43,987 nucleotides of DNA from Atractiella rhizophila (Eukaryota). Both the position numbers and the translations under genes were made by a program. The DNA is taken from NCBI GenBank assembly GCA_021432655.1, contig MU271290.1:62001-105987 (forward strand). Reading direction: 5' to 3'. The notes beneath the pieces are model-generated. The model had not been told where the DNA came from. It worked only from the letters and a program-made list of their open reading frames with translations, and did not search any database. Shown piece by piece: positions 1-12,075 of this stretch. The first letter of the stretch is position 1; each line of letters opens with the position of its first letter.

Positions 1-1
1 T

Positions 2-1579
2 TGGGACGGGAATGACGATACACCTACGTTTTCGAAGGCAATGATGGGCGAAGAAAGGGACGGGTGGACTGGAGCATGTGGAGGGGAGTGGGGACAAATC
101 ACAGGGATGGGGGTTTTGGGTCCGCTACAGCCGAAACCGGACAGAGTCGTTCCTATTCCACTGAAGTGGGTGTTAAGCAAGAAGAGGAAGTTGGGGGGTG
201 AATTTCTGAAATATAAGGCGCGACTAGTTGCCCTTGGAAATAAGCAGGTGGAGGGTCGAGATTTTACGGAAACCTATGCTCCGATGGTACGCATGTCCAC
301 CATCAGAGTTGTCCTTGCGCTTGCCGCCATAAACGGGTGGACCCTGGGACAGTTCGACGTTGGAAATGCATTCTTACATGGAGAATTAGAGGAAGAGATA
401 TATGTCCAGCAGCCACCGGGCCTTGTTGATCCCGAACATCCTGACTGGGTTTACCGAGTAAAGAAGAGTCTCTACGGGTTGCAACAGGCAGGGAAGAGTT
501 GGAACGAAGAATACAGCACGATGATGAAGGAGGAAGGATTCGTGAAATCACAGGCTGATCACGGAATGTACGTTAGACAGGATCATAGGGGACTGGTAAT
601 AGTACTCTTACACGTGGATGATGGACTCGTTGCATCGACGTCGACGGATTTGCGAGACAGCTTGATGAAGAAAATGGTGCCGGTCTTCAAGAGAGTTACA
701 CATGGCGAAGTGGGGGAGTACCTTGGGATGCGGATTACCCAGGATCATGAGAATCGGCGTGTAACGATGGATCAGATCGACTACATCAAGAGATGTATTG
801 CGAAATACGGTTTTCAGGACCATTCTGTTGTCAGCACACCTTGCGATCCGAAGGACAAGTTGACAAACGATATGTCACCGAAGACTGAACGGGAGAAGAC
901 GGAAATGGGAGGGATACCGTTCTCGGAGGCAGTTGGTGCGTTGATGTATCTGGCAGTCAACACGCGGCCAGATATTCTATATGCCGTAAATCGAGTGAGT
1001 AGGTATATGGTAAACCCGGGGATGGGACATTGGAAGGCAGTAACGAGGATTTACCGATATTTGAAAGGGACAACCGGAAGGGTTTTAAGATGGGATGGGA
1101 AGGGTACATCAAATGAACTGGTGGGATGGTGCGATGCGGATCATGCGGGGGACATCGACAGCAGACGGTCGATATCTGGTTGCCATTTCAATCTGGCGGG
1201 CGGGATGGTCTCTTGTTTTTCGACTGCTCAGAAATCGGTAGCAATCTCGTCTACAGAAGCTGAATACATGGCACTCTCTTTGGCTGCGAGGGAGGCGGTA
1301 TGGTTGAGAGAGATCCTGAGGACACTTGGATTTGAACAGAGATTCCCAACGATAATACGGGGTGACAATCAGAGCGCAATAATCCTCGCAAAACATCCCG
1401 CAAACCACAATCGAACGAAGCACATCGGCGTGCATTATCACTACACGAGAGAAAGGGTTCAGGGCAAGGAAATTGCGATGAAGTGGGTCCCTACTTCAGA
1501 GATGTCAGCGGACGTGTTCACAAAAGGGTTGGGTGCTGAGCCACATTACCGTTTCTGCTCATCGTTAGGACTGCTGTGA
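2..1579 (+). mobile_element. Ty1/copia LTR retrotransposon pol, RT and RNase H portion (5' part outside the window)
   Basis: The frame is open from base 2 (..DTPTFSKAM..). Copia RT motifs: KYKARLVALG, FTETYAP, QFDVGNAFLHG, KSLYGLQQA, LHVDD. RNase H motifs: CDADHAGD, SSTEAEY, DNQSA, ADVFTKGL. No stops until TGA at 1579. Confidence 0.96.
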
Positions 1580-1806
1580 GGGGACGGGGATACGAGCGGG
1601 CGTTCTATTGAAGATGTAAGACCCGTGGAAACGGTCTGTCCAATTCTATTATCGGGTTACCATTAGAACGCTGATGTGCACGGGGGGACCATCGAGACAA
1701 ACACGGGGATTGAGTGGACCGAAACGGGATAGGGCATGGAGAGGCGGAAAGAGGAGGGGCACGAAGGTGGAGGAGAGGTGTGCGGCGATTGAGGAGGGGT
1801 ATCCAG

Positions 1807-1950
1807 TGTGGTACGATCACCGCACACAGGTGTACGTACGAACTGTCAATGACCTGCGCTCCCTAGGTGCTTACCACCAGGGATGAGCAGGTAGGAGTCT
1901 CGGATAATAGTCAAGCTAGGTGCTTACCACCAGGGATGAGCAGATTCACA
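1807..1950 (+). repeat. Candidate 3' LTR of the copia element (TGTG...CACA), preceded by a purine tract
   Basis: GAGGAGGGG at 1791-1799 resembles a PPT. TGTG at 1807 and CACA at 1947-1950 are inverted termini. The 5' LTR is not in the window, so the boundaries cannot be confirmed. Confidence 0.4.
1863..1943 (+). repeat. Perfect 28-bp direct repeat, 2 copies (CTAGGTGCTTACCACCAGGGATGAGCAG)
   Basis: Copies at 1863-1890 and 1916-1943, separated by 25 bp. Confidence 0.95.
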
Positions 1951-2013
1951 AGTATTTTACGGACATTGGACAAGAATCTTGCAAAGGCCCAAAGGGACCC
2001 TGTTCCGGCTATT

Positions 2014-5000
2014 AATTCGTCCATTACATCCCTTTTCTGGACTCGAGGTACGTTAATCTTTGGTGTTCGTCCTCAATCTGTTGGTTGAATTCTCTGACAA
2101 AATTTCCTTCACAGTGTACAAAAGTTTCCATGCACTGTGTGTGGCTCTGACTTCCAGTTGATTGAAGAGTTTTCGCTACCTCGGTGGAGTTGTAGAAGAG
2201 GGGTACAGTACTCAGGGGAATGAATCATCCTGGGGAAGACTTGTACCGCATAAACTGGAAGACCCGAGTACTAAATAGCACTCCTTGTCCATTTCAGTGA
2301 TTTGAGTGTCATTCTTGCCGCAAAGCCGCAGCTTCATGTGGCTACTGTGGCTATACTGTTGCTGGTAAAGTTCCTCAACGCCCTGCATAATGACATGAAC
2401 GCTGGTAGATGTAGGTTATGAAAGGGACTGCTAGCATAAGTTAATGATGATCTCTTCGCCAAGCGTTTACGCTGCCCAGCTGCTCGGACAAATCATTTCG
2501 ATGCCAAAGGTGTACCAAGGTACCCAAGAGTGGATTGCAACAGGGAGTGTAAAACAACGATGGGGTTACATGCTAGTACTGAAAGGAGTCCACTGACTCA
2601 ATGGCATCAAAATATCTGCTTCGCTGATACTCACCCGACCTCCCTCACAATAACAAGAAACAGAATACAGTCCGTCTTCAAAGCTCTACGATTGCTTTAA
2701 AATGCAACGCCAGCAGGGTACTCAGATCCAACGCAAGCCGCTGTCATTCCCTCAGCTCCCGTTAACGAATCTGGAAGCGATGGACTTACTGCATGTAAAA
2801 TAATGATGAGGGTCATATTTTTTCTTAATTAAAAGAAGCCTCGAGTAATGATTTCCCCAAAATGAGGATGGCCAACTCAGATCTACTTCGAATTAAAACA
2901 ATTCTCCAAAGAGCAGGAAGAAAGAGCTCACCATCCGGATCTGCTTCATTGCTTCATGATAAATCGGCGCTTGTGAGCGAAACGTTTGGCTGGGAGAGCA
3001 AGACACGAACACGTAAGAATTGGCAGAGCCAATGATAGAAGATAGATTGGCTTGTTGTTGAGCACCATTTTCACGAGACGCGATCTGTTCAGACAGAGTA
3101 GCTCCCTCGGACCAATTCGCGTACCTAGACACAGAAGCGTGAGATAACACGTCCTTGAGAGGAACATGACGATTGGACGCACCAGGCGATGTGAGAAATT
3201 GCCGATCGCCAAGCCTAGATGTTGCAGTCAGCGAGGAACTCAAAAGTAAGGGTAAGACTTACGGGGTTGAGCGCCATGTCTGTTGATCCATTCATAACCT
3301 AATTGATGTCAATCGACTTTGCTCTTTGCAAGCTCTAAAACGGTGACCAACCTGACCTCCAGGAACTGTTTACAACCCCAGTTAGCAAGCGTCAGTTACA
3401 GCTTGGAAAACCTACCATCAAGGTATTGAATTACTGGAAGAGTGGCGAAAAAGGAAGCCATCGCTTCCAACGTGGAGTCGTCGTTGAAAGCAGACGCAGG
3501 GATGAGTCGCGTGATCATGACTTCCGTTTCGAGTGGGGTTTCGTGTTGGTTCCTACGGTCAAGGCAAATTCAGCGGTTTGCGAAACGCTGAACAATGGGG
3601 GGTTGTGCGTACGCAAAAGGTTCTGTCGTCGAAACTTCGTACTGACTCGCATACAGAGTAAATGTAACGGCAACGGTGAGTCCGTTTGCGGCCCCCCAGG
3701 CCTGTAAGGGCTGCCAAAGAGCCTCTTCATCCGCCTGTGAGGTGACATTCGGCTTGAAGGCTGCTCCCACGAGGAGGAATGCGGATCGTGTCCCGACCAT
3801 GAGATCTGACCATCGGTTCTGTTCGAGAGTTGGGATGAACTTCAAGTATTCAAGCAGCGCAGCTTCGTATGTCTTTATCACTCATAAGTACCTCTATATG
3901 GGCAAAGACAAGTGTTACCTCCGGCGAGGTGGCCACGATCTGGAAGTTAGCGACCAGTTCATTTGTGACTGGAGGGTGTGTCTTGAGAGTCCAGGATACG
4001 ATGACCTATCCGACACGTTGTTATAAGAGGAGCAACCACAAAGAAAGAAATCGTACGCCAAAACCTGAACCACCTCCACGGATAGCCCACCAAAGATCGG
4101 TGTGGGAATTCTGCAATTTGAAGTAAGCACTGGGCCCTAAAACAATGATACAAAGGAATTGCAGACCTCATTGACCGTGAGCAGCACACCAGCGGCGGTG
4201 ACAATCTGAAATTCCAATACCTGATCTACGGAGAGCCCCAAGCTTCGAGAATAACGGGAATGTCCACCACCCTATGAGATAGGGGCGTTATTCTCTGATT
4301 GGTCTCTGCAAAGTTGACGACGAACCAGTGTGTATCCAGAGACGGAGACGGAGTCACATCCACCCCCAATCACGACGACACCAGCTTCATTGGCAGCTGC
4401 GTATAGCTCTAGGGGAGGCAGTTTGGAAAGGATTAGAAACATAGGGAAGGCAAATGAGGACGCACCAAAGAATTGGACGCCGGCTCCAACAGTCACAGCA
4501 CTGCCTTTGCAGTTGAAGTCATCGTGGAACTCAATGTCTTTGAGGCTATGGATCGAAATGGCGAAAGCACCCTTCGCGCTCGAACCTGTCTTTATGTGAG
4601 GATACAGCAAAGTGGAAAGAGTGGAAAGAAGAAACCGACCTCCAGTGAGTGAATGTCCAGTGCTCTTGACGCGAACACGGAGGTTGTGCTGCCTAACGAA
4701 GGCGAGAGCAGTGATGAGATCCGAGACACTGGCAGCATCTGCGAACATAGGAGGCACCTGGAGAAAACAAAATGGTATGCTTTACTCATCTCAGCTTGAC
4801 GGTAGAAGGACCCTTACCCTTCCCTGCCCGCATGGAAAATTTATAGCGGTGTCAACGTCACATGAGTCATCTCCGTACCCATCACCCCAAGCTACAGCTG
4901 AGCGTCAGCTGTCTTTCTCGCGTTGATGGAAGACAGAAACAGACTGTGGGCAACGTATCCTCCATCGTCTTGGCTGACGAATTGTCCAATGCTCCAGTTT

Positions 5001-5616
5001 GTTCTGAGCGCAGCGCAAGCATCCGCATCGTATTCTCCATAGGCGTCATGGCAGACTGTTGCAATTGGATGGACGGCATGGACGCGACCCGAAAGAGAGG
5101 TGTTGAGCGCCTTTTGATTTCCATGTCAGCATAAGTTGATAGTATGGGAAGTAACCAGGAAAGCTTACGTTCCATTGATCTGCAGTGGGCCAGCAAGAGT
5201 CGCCGTAACCACAAGCTTTATCTGTGGCCTCTCGGATAGAAAAAGTCGCTGACGCCAACGAGGAAGTGGGGAAAAGTGAAAGCGAGAAGGCAACGAGAGA
5301 GAATAATGAGCGAGAGTGGGAGATCATCTTTAAAGAATCACAAGAAGTTGCAATGTTGACTCTTGAGTTTTGTGGGTCGCTAAGGGCCAGGCCTTTTATA
5401 GTCCCACTCCCACTCCTCACAGTTCCCTTTCGTCATCCTCATGGGGATACGGTCTTCCATCAAATTTAGATTGACATTCGAGAGTCAGAGCCGAGGATAG
5501 CAGCACGAACAGCAGCATGAAGGACTGATGGTATTACCCCATGGATGTGGTAAAGATCAGCACTCGTGATGGCTGCGTGGATAGGTAGATAAGCGAAATG
5601 TCGACTATCTTCTGCG
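2014..5616. repeat. Segmental duplicate carrying BBE oxidase copy 1 with its flanks
   Basis: 2014-3444 aligns with 12692-14119. 2241-5616 aligns with 19114-22471. Homology stops at ..TCTTCTGCG (5616 / 22471). Confidence 0.93.
2697..5327 (-). CDS. Secreted FAD-linked oxidoreductase, berberine-bridge-enzyme-like (FAD_binding_4 + BBE), multi-exon, copy 1
   Basis: Signal-peptide-like start MISHSRSLFSLVAFSLSLF followed by CGYGDSCWP. FAD-attachment motif RVKSTGHS, plus VTVGAGVQ and VIGGGCDSV. C-terminal BBE motif WPSSFWGNHYSRLLLIKKKYDP..FTC..CVGSE. Stop TAA at 2697-2699. Not every exon junction was checked. Confidence 0.9.
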
Positions 5617-8198
5617 CAGGAGGTGTTCAAAACCTTAATCCCTGATGGCAACGATTTGCAAAGGGCTGGCACCCTTGGCCGGGCCGACAGCCCAGCGCAC
5701 AAGGGAATTTCACGGAGAATGGCAGAAAAGATGGCAAAAAATTATGCAAATTCTAAGCAATTCTTCACCCTGCTTCGTCGCTTTACAAGTTCGACGGTGG
5801 TGAAGTAGACCTCACGAGAACCTTCAGAATCCATCCTCAGACGCTTACGGTCAAGCAAGAATCAGTCTCTCCAGCAATTTCTCCATCCCCTTTCCCAACT
5901 TCATCGCGTATTCTTACACTACGTTACCCCCTGAACGCACACTCGTACTTTGTTCCAGGATACAACTCTAGGCGCCTCTTTCAAGAGCTGGGAGTGAGCG
6001 GAGCGAGGGGGCTGTGGGAAGGACAGTGAATTAGGCACCTGGTGGAGGAGAAGGTCCAAGAGGATGGACGGAACTGGACCTGGAAGGAGCACCTAGTGAG
6101 AGAAGCGATGTGAGGGAAAGGAGATTATTACACGCATTTAGGTCCGAACCTGTGAGTGAATGTCTTGTCATACAAGGGGAGGTGTGCTGTTGTGATCCAG
6201 GAAACTGACTTCCTTATGTGCGGGACAGAAATTTAACATGTCACTCGCAGCCAGCTTCTTATTATTCCTCCGTACTTCTTTATTATATCGTCCTTTGTTA
6301 TCTGCTTTGCATCTCAGTATTTGGCCATGTTTCCGAGTTTTCACAATGTTGCTAAGCAGCGTAACCACTTCAGTTTCGGTAGCTTCGAGCAACAAATCAA
6401 TTTAGTTGTCTCTTTTCGTGACAGTCCAGACTTGAATACTTCTGCAGAACCTCAAAGCTTGGGTGAGAATTTGAACACCCTTAATAATGTTTCCAACTCA
6501 CCTTCATCGTCTAAGTTGCCTACTCCAAGTCCTTTTACTGCGCTTCCTAGTACAAGACCGAATAACTTCTTATCTCTTCCTTATAATTCTGAATCTTCTC
6601 CTTTGTTTCTCCTTTCGAATGCACCGACATCTCCCTCAAAAAATCGGAAGAAGAGAAGAAGAAGCCTCAACAGAGAAGAGATCGACACGAACGAACGAAC
6701 GGAAGGTCATTGCAGCGATGTTGCGTCCTCTCTTCCCTCGAGCCCCGTCTCTCATGCTCCCGAGCAATGTGTCAAACGAGCGCAAGTGTTGGACATTGCT
6801 TCGAAATCTCGTCTCAACCCTGATGTGCCTTCAGGGTCAGAGCACCCTCTCCCCTTTCAAGTTGTACGCCCAGTTTTCAGTTCTCAGAATCACTCAGTGC
6901 TAATGAGCGGACCCAGCCTTCCGTTGGCCATGGAACACACCTCCTCCCGGCGGCCTGCATAGACCCACCTTCCGTGACGAGCTTGTTGGTTTCGACCAGC
7001 CCATTCGTCAGGTCCTTTGAAATCCCGCGTCCGTCGCTCGCTGCTCCTCTCGGTCCCCTTCAGCCTTTTCCTCTTGTTAGTATTCATTCATATTCAGCCT
7101 ATGTATGAGAAGGAATAACTGCTGACAATGGGAAATGTAGGTAGCTGAGGCAGATTATTGTTCCAAATGCGGAACGACGGACCCTCACAAGCTCAAGCAA
7201 CTGGCCAGCCATCAGGCCAGTAGTCTCTGCAAGCAGACGCACGCAAACTTAACGGCGCGTGGATGGCATCCAGAGACATGGTCGGCTGAAGAGCCACCTC
7301 CTCTACCTTCGGAATGTGTGTTGTTATATATCTGATTGCATTGTACTAAATCTGGATAGGCTTCAATCTTTACGAAAGACTCGCGAGCAAGTCATTTTGT
7401 CATGGTATCCTGATCTCCCCTCCCGACTCTCGGTACACCTCTGGATCCATCCCCACCATACGTACAGCCTCAGACGCAGAGGACCCGTGCACCTACGTGC
7501 TCAATAGGAACCACGAAGCTCTAATCTCCACCAAATGTGTCGAAAAACTGACACCGTACGATATCTCAATCGGTGAAACACGATGCCACAAGTCCCGCCA
7601 GCTTCTCCTTGACCCATCCGTGAAGAAAATCCAGAAGAGGAAGAACCGTCCCGTAGAAAAAGTGCTCCTTATCCATCAAAACGCCATATATCTGGTGGAT
7701 CATTCCAGGAAAGTCATGAAGAGGGTGAGGTCGGAAAAACTGAAGGTTCGTACTTTAGCTGGTCATCCCCTGTCATGTCGCATTGAGAAACTGCCGTTCG
7801 GGCTTGAACCAGTGTCGCGATCACGAACAGACACGCAAACGAGTGCAGATTCTCCAAGCGCTTGTCATCGCCATCGAACAGAGCAACTGCTCACGCATTC
7901 CAGAAATTGTTCGACGCTGCCGCCTTCGGAAGATGGGGATTCAAAGCATTACTGATCTCGTCATTCGTGCTACGGATGGGTCTTATCGAATGCGCTCCTA
8001 TAGCGAGAAAATTATCAAGGTAGCGACAATTGTGAAAGCTTACGCGCATTTGTGCAAATGCTCAAATATTGTCCAATGTACTCCCCAGTTTAAAACCTAA
8101 TTGTGGACGTCGGAAATTTTCGACATCCACACTAAGGAAGGGGTCCCCACCCTTGAAGTCCGTAGGATATCCGAAATTACACTTTTGAACACCTCTCG
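5617..8198 (+). mobile_element. TIR DNA transposon relic, about 2.58 kb, probably internally deleted and non-autonomous
   Basis: Left end CAGGAGGTGTTCAAAA (5617-5632). Right end TTTTGAACACCTCTCG (8183-8198). They share a perfect 13-bp inverted core GAGGTGTTCAAAA and enclose degenerate transposase-like exons. No target-site duplication is visible. Confidence 0.7.
6327..8100 (+). pseudogene. Degenerate intron-containing transposase-like gene (N-terminal Zn finger and helical region; catalytic region missing)
   Basis: S/P-rich ORF at 6321-6962. The exon from 7141 encodes YCSKCGTTDPHKLKQLASHQASSLC (C-x2-C-x13-H-x5-C). Then FCHGILISPP..CTY..LISTKC, and GLNQCR..LVIAIEQSNCSRIPEIVRRCRLRKMGIQSITDLVIRATDGSYRMRSYSE. 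From memory this resembles a repetitive basidiomycete ORF family that continues into a P-element-like DDE domain. Frame changes near 7780 and it ends about 80 bp before the right TIR. Confidence 0.55.
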
Positions 8199-8768
8199 AT
8201 TGCATGTGCATTTCAGAATCCGATAGTAGAGTACCTGGAAGCCGTACAGCGTGAGGGAAGTTACTGTGACGAATTTGTAGTGCGTCAAGGTCAGATTGCT
8301 CTCCGTCTCTTGCCTTGTGCCTTTCTTGCCACGAGCGCTTGAAGTGAAGTGGTATAGGAAAGTCTGGAAAGCCATGCAACATTGCAATAAAGGAGTGCTA
8401 TCAAAGAAATGTTGATTGTGCAGATTGCCTTTGGGGCTGAGTCTGTCACTCACTTCCTTTCTTTCTGACAGCAAAAAACTGCCGGCGGTATCTTTGCATT
8501 CTGAGATCTGTCGAGTTGCATGGCCTTAACCACGGACGGCCATGAGTGTATGTCGATTGCGTGGACGTGAGCGCCTTGTGCGATTTCGAGCTACTGGCGA
8601 GATACTAGTACGCAATAAAACATTGGCTTTAACCGCTCTTGGATTCGCTTGCCTTTGCTCATTTACTCTTTGTTTACAGCAGGATCCAGACTTGCATTCA
8701 CTTCTTAAGTGGTTATAGAACCCTCCTTTCCCTGCTCGAGTAGGCTGCAAGTCCATAACCTCAACACA

Positions 8769-11489
8769 ATGTCAACCCTTCTCTCCCTCCTTCTGATCAC
8801 CAAGTCGTCCGGTCATGCCACTCTGCTCCTCGCTGTGCCGGAACACCCAGCACCTATCCCTCGAACGACGCGTCCGATCTACTCCAAGCCGGTGTTGAAG
8901 AAAACAGGGGGAGGATCCAAAAGGACAACCAATCATTATAGCGATTCGGACGAGCCAGATTCGGAAGACGATAAGTTCTACAGACCAGTCCAGAAGGAGG
9001 GACAATACCTTAATCTCCCAAGGAAGGTGTTAGCCGATGCGTGTGCGCCGGAGAGCGAGATGTGTGACAAGAAGTTTGAGATGGTCATTAATCATTTGGC
9101 GTTCATTGGGCACCCGGTAACCTTGAAGAAGAAGCGAGAGGCGAAGAGTAAGAGCAGAGAAGATGGAAGGAAGAACGGCGCGAGTGTGAGGAGGGTGGCT
9201 GATTCGTTGGAGCGTAGGGGGAGGACGAGAACGAGCACGAGATTGATGGAAGCCTCAAGTAGCTCAAGTCCGGAAGATCAGCGCTTTCCTCGTTCTGGAG
9301 GGAGTGCAGCTGGGCCGTCTACCTTCGCCAAGACAACGGGACTTGGTGGCGTGTTGTCCTCTTCCCCAACGCATAGCGACATACCGCGAATAGCTACGAT
9401 GGAGAGCCTTCCGGACTATAGAGGACCTTCTCCTCCTCCTCCCATGTCTCCCCGACATGAGGAGCAGACTCTTCCGGAAGAAGGACAGAAGACAGAGAGG
9501 AAGAATTCGACGACGACGACTTCCTTTGACGGGACAGAAGAAGACGACGAGCAGGAGATGGGTTCCGCAAAGCTCACCATGTTCAATCTCGTCCTTGTCA
9601 TCGATACCCCACCTGATTCAGATTTGAGCGAACATCTGGATGCTTACTATAGGTACAGCCTTCTTTAGGCTGACTGACTGTTTTGATTGTGAGACTTCGG
9701 CGGCTAGGGACATAATACTTCCTGTAACAGCGGCGCTGAAGCAAGAAGAGAAGGCGTCGAGTTGGTTGACTGAGGAAAAGGTAGCGATAGTAAGGCAGAG
9801 GGAAGAACTGGCTGAAAAAGGCAATCTGTTCCCCTTTCCACACATGTGCGGTCAGCTCATAGAAGGACAGGCAAACCATACAGCTTTTCTATGGCCCATA
9901 GCACATCTCCTCTGGTCAGAGCGCTAACGGATGTGTATATCGGTATATTGCTCTTCTGCCGTCGTCTTTGTAATTACTCACGAATAGGTGGTGGAAGGTC
10001 TCAAGAATGCAACAACCCCGATGATATCTTTGAGACATCGCGATCTTTCTGTCGTCCTTCATGAGGTCTCAACGTCCACTAACCCGATGGGCGGGGCAAG
10101 CGCGAACGAGAATGCCATCACAGAATGGGGACGACATTCATTTTGGGGAGTTCAAGGCTTACCCGCCGTTGAGGGCGAGGAAGAAAGGTTGTCATCTTTT
10201 CCAGTCATGAAAACAAGACACTGATTTGGTGAGAATGGAATAGGAGCAGGAGTGTCGATATTGCGATGGCATATGACCGTGTAAAGGACGAGGCGGAGGA
10301 ATGGGCAAACTTCAGACCTTGGAATAGGTGGCAGACCCTCCTCCCCATCGTGGAGGCCGATAAGTTATCCAACTTGACGAGTGATGAGACTCTCAAGGCA
10401 TTTTTGGACTATTTGAGCCCAGTTATCAAGTTCGTGCCCGTGCTCCTTTACACTCGAACAGGGAGGGAGTTGACTGAGAGAATAGCTTCGTTTCATATGC
10501 CACGCTCCTCAATATCTCACCCGAGAGCATGAAGAAGATTGTAGAGCATATGATTAAATGGAAGAAGGGGAGAGTGATCGAAGTGATCAGCTTCAAGAAC
10601 ACGTATTTGGTGTCGCCAAAAATTGACATGCGCACGTAAGTTGATCCAATCCGGTTGGCTGTCCAAAGTATGCTGAAACCAAAAAAGGCTGGCGGCCTTG
10701 ACCAAACTCTTCGCTGAAAACAAAGGGTTTTCAAAGGTTCCCCCTCTTCCTGCCATCCTTTCCTCTCTCTCTCCAGCCCGTCCATTCTCCACAATCATAC
10801 CGAGGGTGCCCCCACTCGGAGTTGCACTCAACGAGCACAAATCCACCTATCTAGACGTCTTGACGTGGCTTCTTCAGAAAGAGTTGGTCGTCCAGGCTCA
10901 CTTCTACATCCGCTTGGTGGCGCGTCCTGAAATCAAGAGAAGAGCCAGAGACAATCATTTCAGGTTGAAGAGAGAGAGGCGGAAGGCACGCGCAGAAGAA
11001 GGGGGAAGTGCAAGTGGAGAAGTGTCTCCGAATTATCTCACTCGTACGACGTCGAGTTCGTCCATTTCCTCCTCCCTCTCCATCCACGGCCCTCAACCTC
11101 CTATCTCTCCATCTCATTTCCCCTCCTCACCTGCTTCCATCCTCGCTCGCTCCGCTGGCAACCTCACCCGCTCCGGCAATGACGGCGGTTCCAACGCATC
11201 TGAAAGCGATTGGGAAGAAGACATGTTGAAGCTTTCGGAAGATGTGGACACCCCTTCGATTATTGTGGAGCCGGCGCGCTTGACAAGGGTCGAAAGAAAG
11301 TGGTTGGAGGAGATATACGCAGAAAAGACGGAGGAGCTTGCAGGAGTTTTGAAGAGTATTGTCCATTTGTGTAATGGGAAACATGGGGACTATGAGATAA
11401 TGCAGAGGACTGGGGTGACAAGGAGAGGGATGAGAGCTATAAGGAGGGAGTTCGAGGAAGATTTAATTGTCACTTTACATGTACCGTAG
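8769..11489 (+). CDS. NPR3: Nitrogen permease regulator 3 (SEACIT/GATOR1 subunit), multi-exon
   Basis: N-terminal LLSLLLITKSS..LLLAVP..P and LADACAPESEMCDKKFEMVINHLAFIGHPV, then FNLVLVID, PWQTLL-like RWQTLL, and a C-terminal ..CNGKH..EI.QRTGVTRRGMR..EFEEDLIVTLH. The first intron (9653-9707, GT..AG) keeps the frame. Confidence 0.92.
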
Positions 11490-11699
11490 GTTCAAGAATT
11501 TGTGATGTAGGGCTTTGCCACCGTGATCGAGGGCTTGAGATTCAAAGCAATCACTTCACATAATCCGACACTCTAACATAGAGAAACGTTGTCCTCGACC
11601 TGTCCGATACTTTGGGTTGCCTGTTCGAATATGGCAAACGTGGTATAGCAGAAACTACTGGAAGAGAATAAAGGTTGCAAGTGAAGAGCATGCCATTTT

Positions 11700-12075
11700 C
11701 TCTCAAACACTTGTAAAACATTCGTTCATGCTGAAACCTGCCCCGCTAGAGAGCATTTCAACAAATCGATCGCAGCTATATGGAACGACACCAAGCATCT
11801 TTGTAAACGGTAAGAACCGATGAAAAGTGGCTGATGAAAGATTAAAAAGACTCACTTCCTCGACTCGGGTAGAAAGGCTGCATATTCCTAATCAACAACT
11901 CCAGTCACATTCCCAGCCCTGCTATCGGCTACGATGAAAGTTGAGGTCGTTGTGTGTGAGACCGTAGTACGCTCCGTAATCATCGCAAAACTTCTGCAAC
12001 CCGGAGTCTTTTCTGTGTGAACTGGATGTTGCAGTCATAGAGCTTTCTAAGGAATTGCCCAGCAGTCTCACACAA
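11700..12075 (-). pseudogene. APH-family phosphotransferase pseudogene fragment, copy A (ends approximate)
   Basis: LQKFCDDYG..LTHNDLNF..ADSRAGNVTGVVD*EYAAFLPE parallels the intact gene at 16676-17578. The DWE codon TGG is TAG at 11888-11890. It has frameshifts and an intron at the equivalent position. Confidence 0.85.

Noticed and set aside
1863..1943. 28-bp repeat with a 25-bp spacer as a mini CRISPR array
   Set aside because: Only two units, eukaryotic context, inside a probable LTR, and no cas genes.
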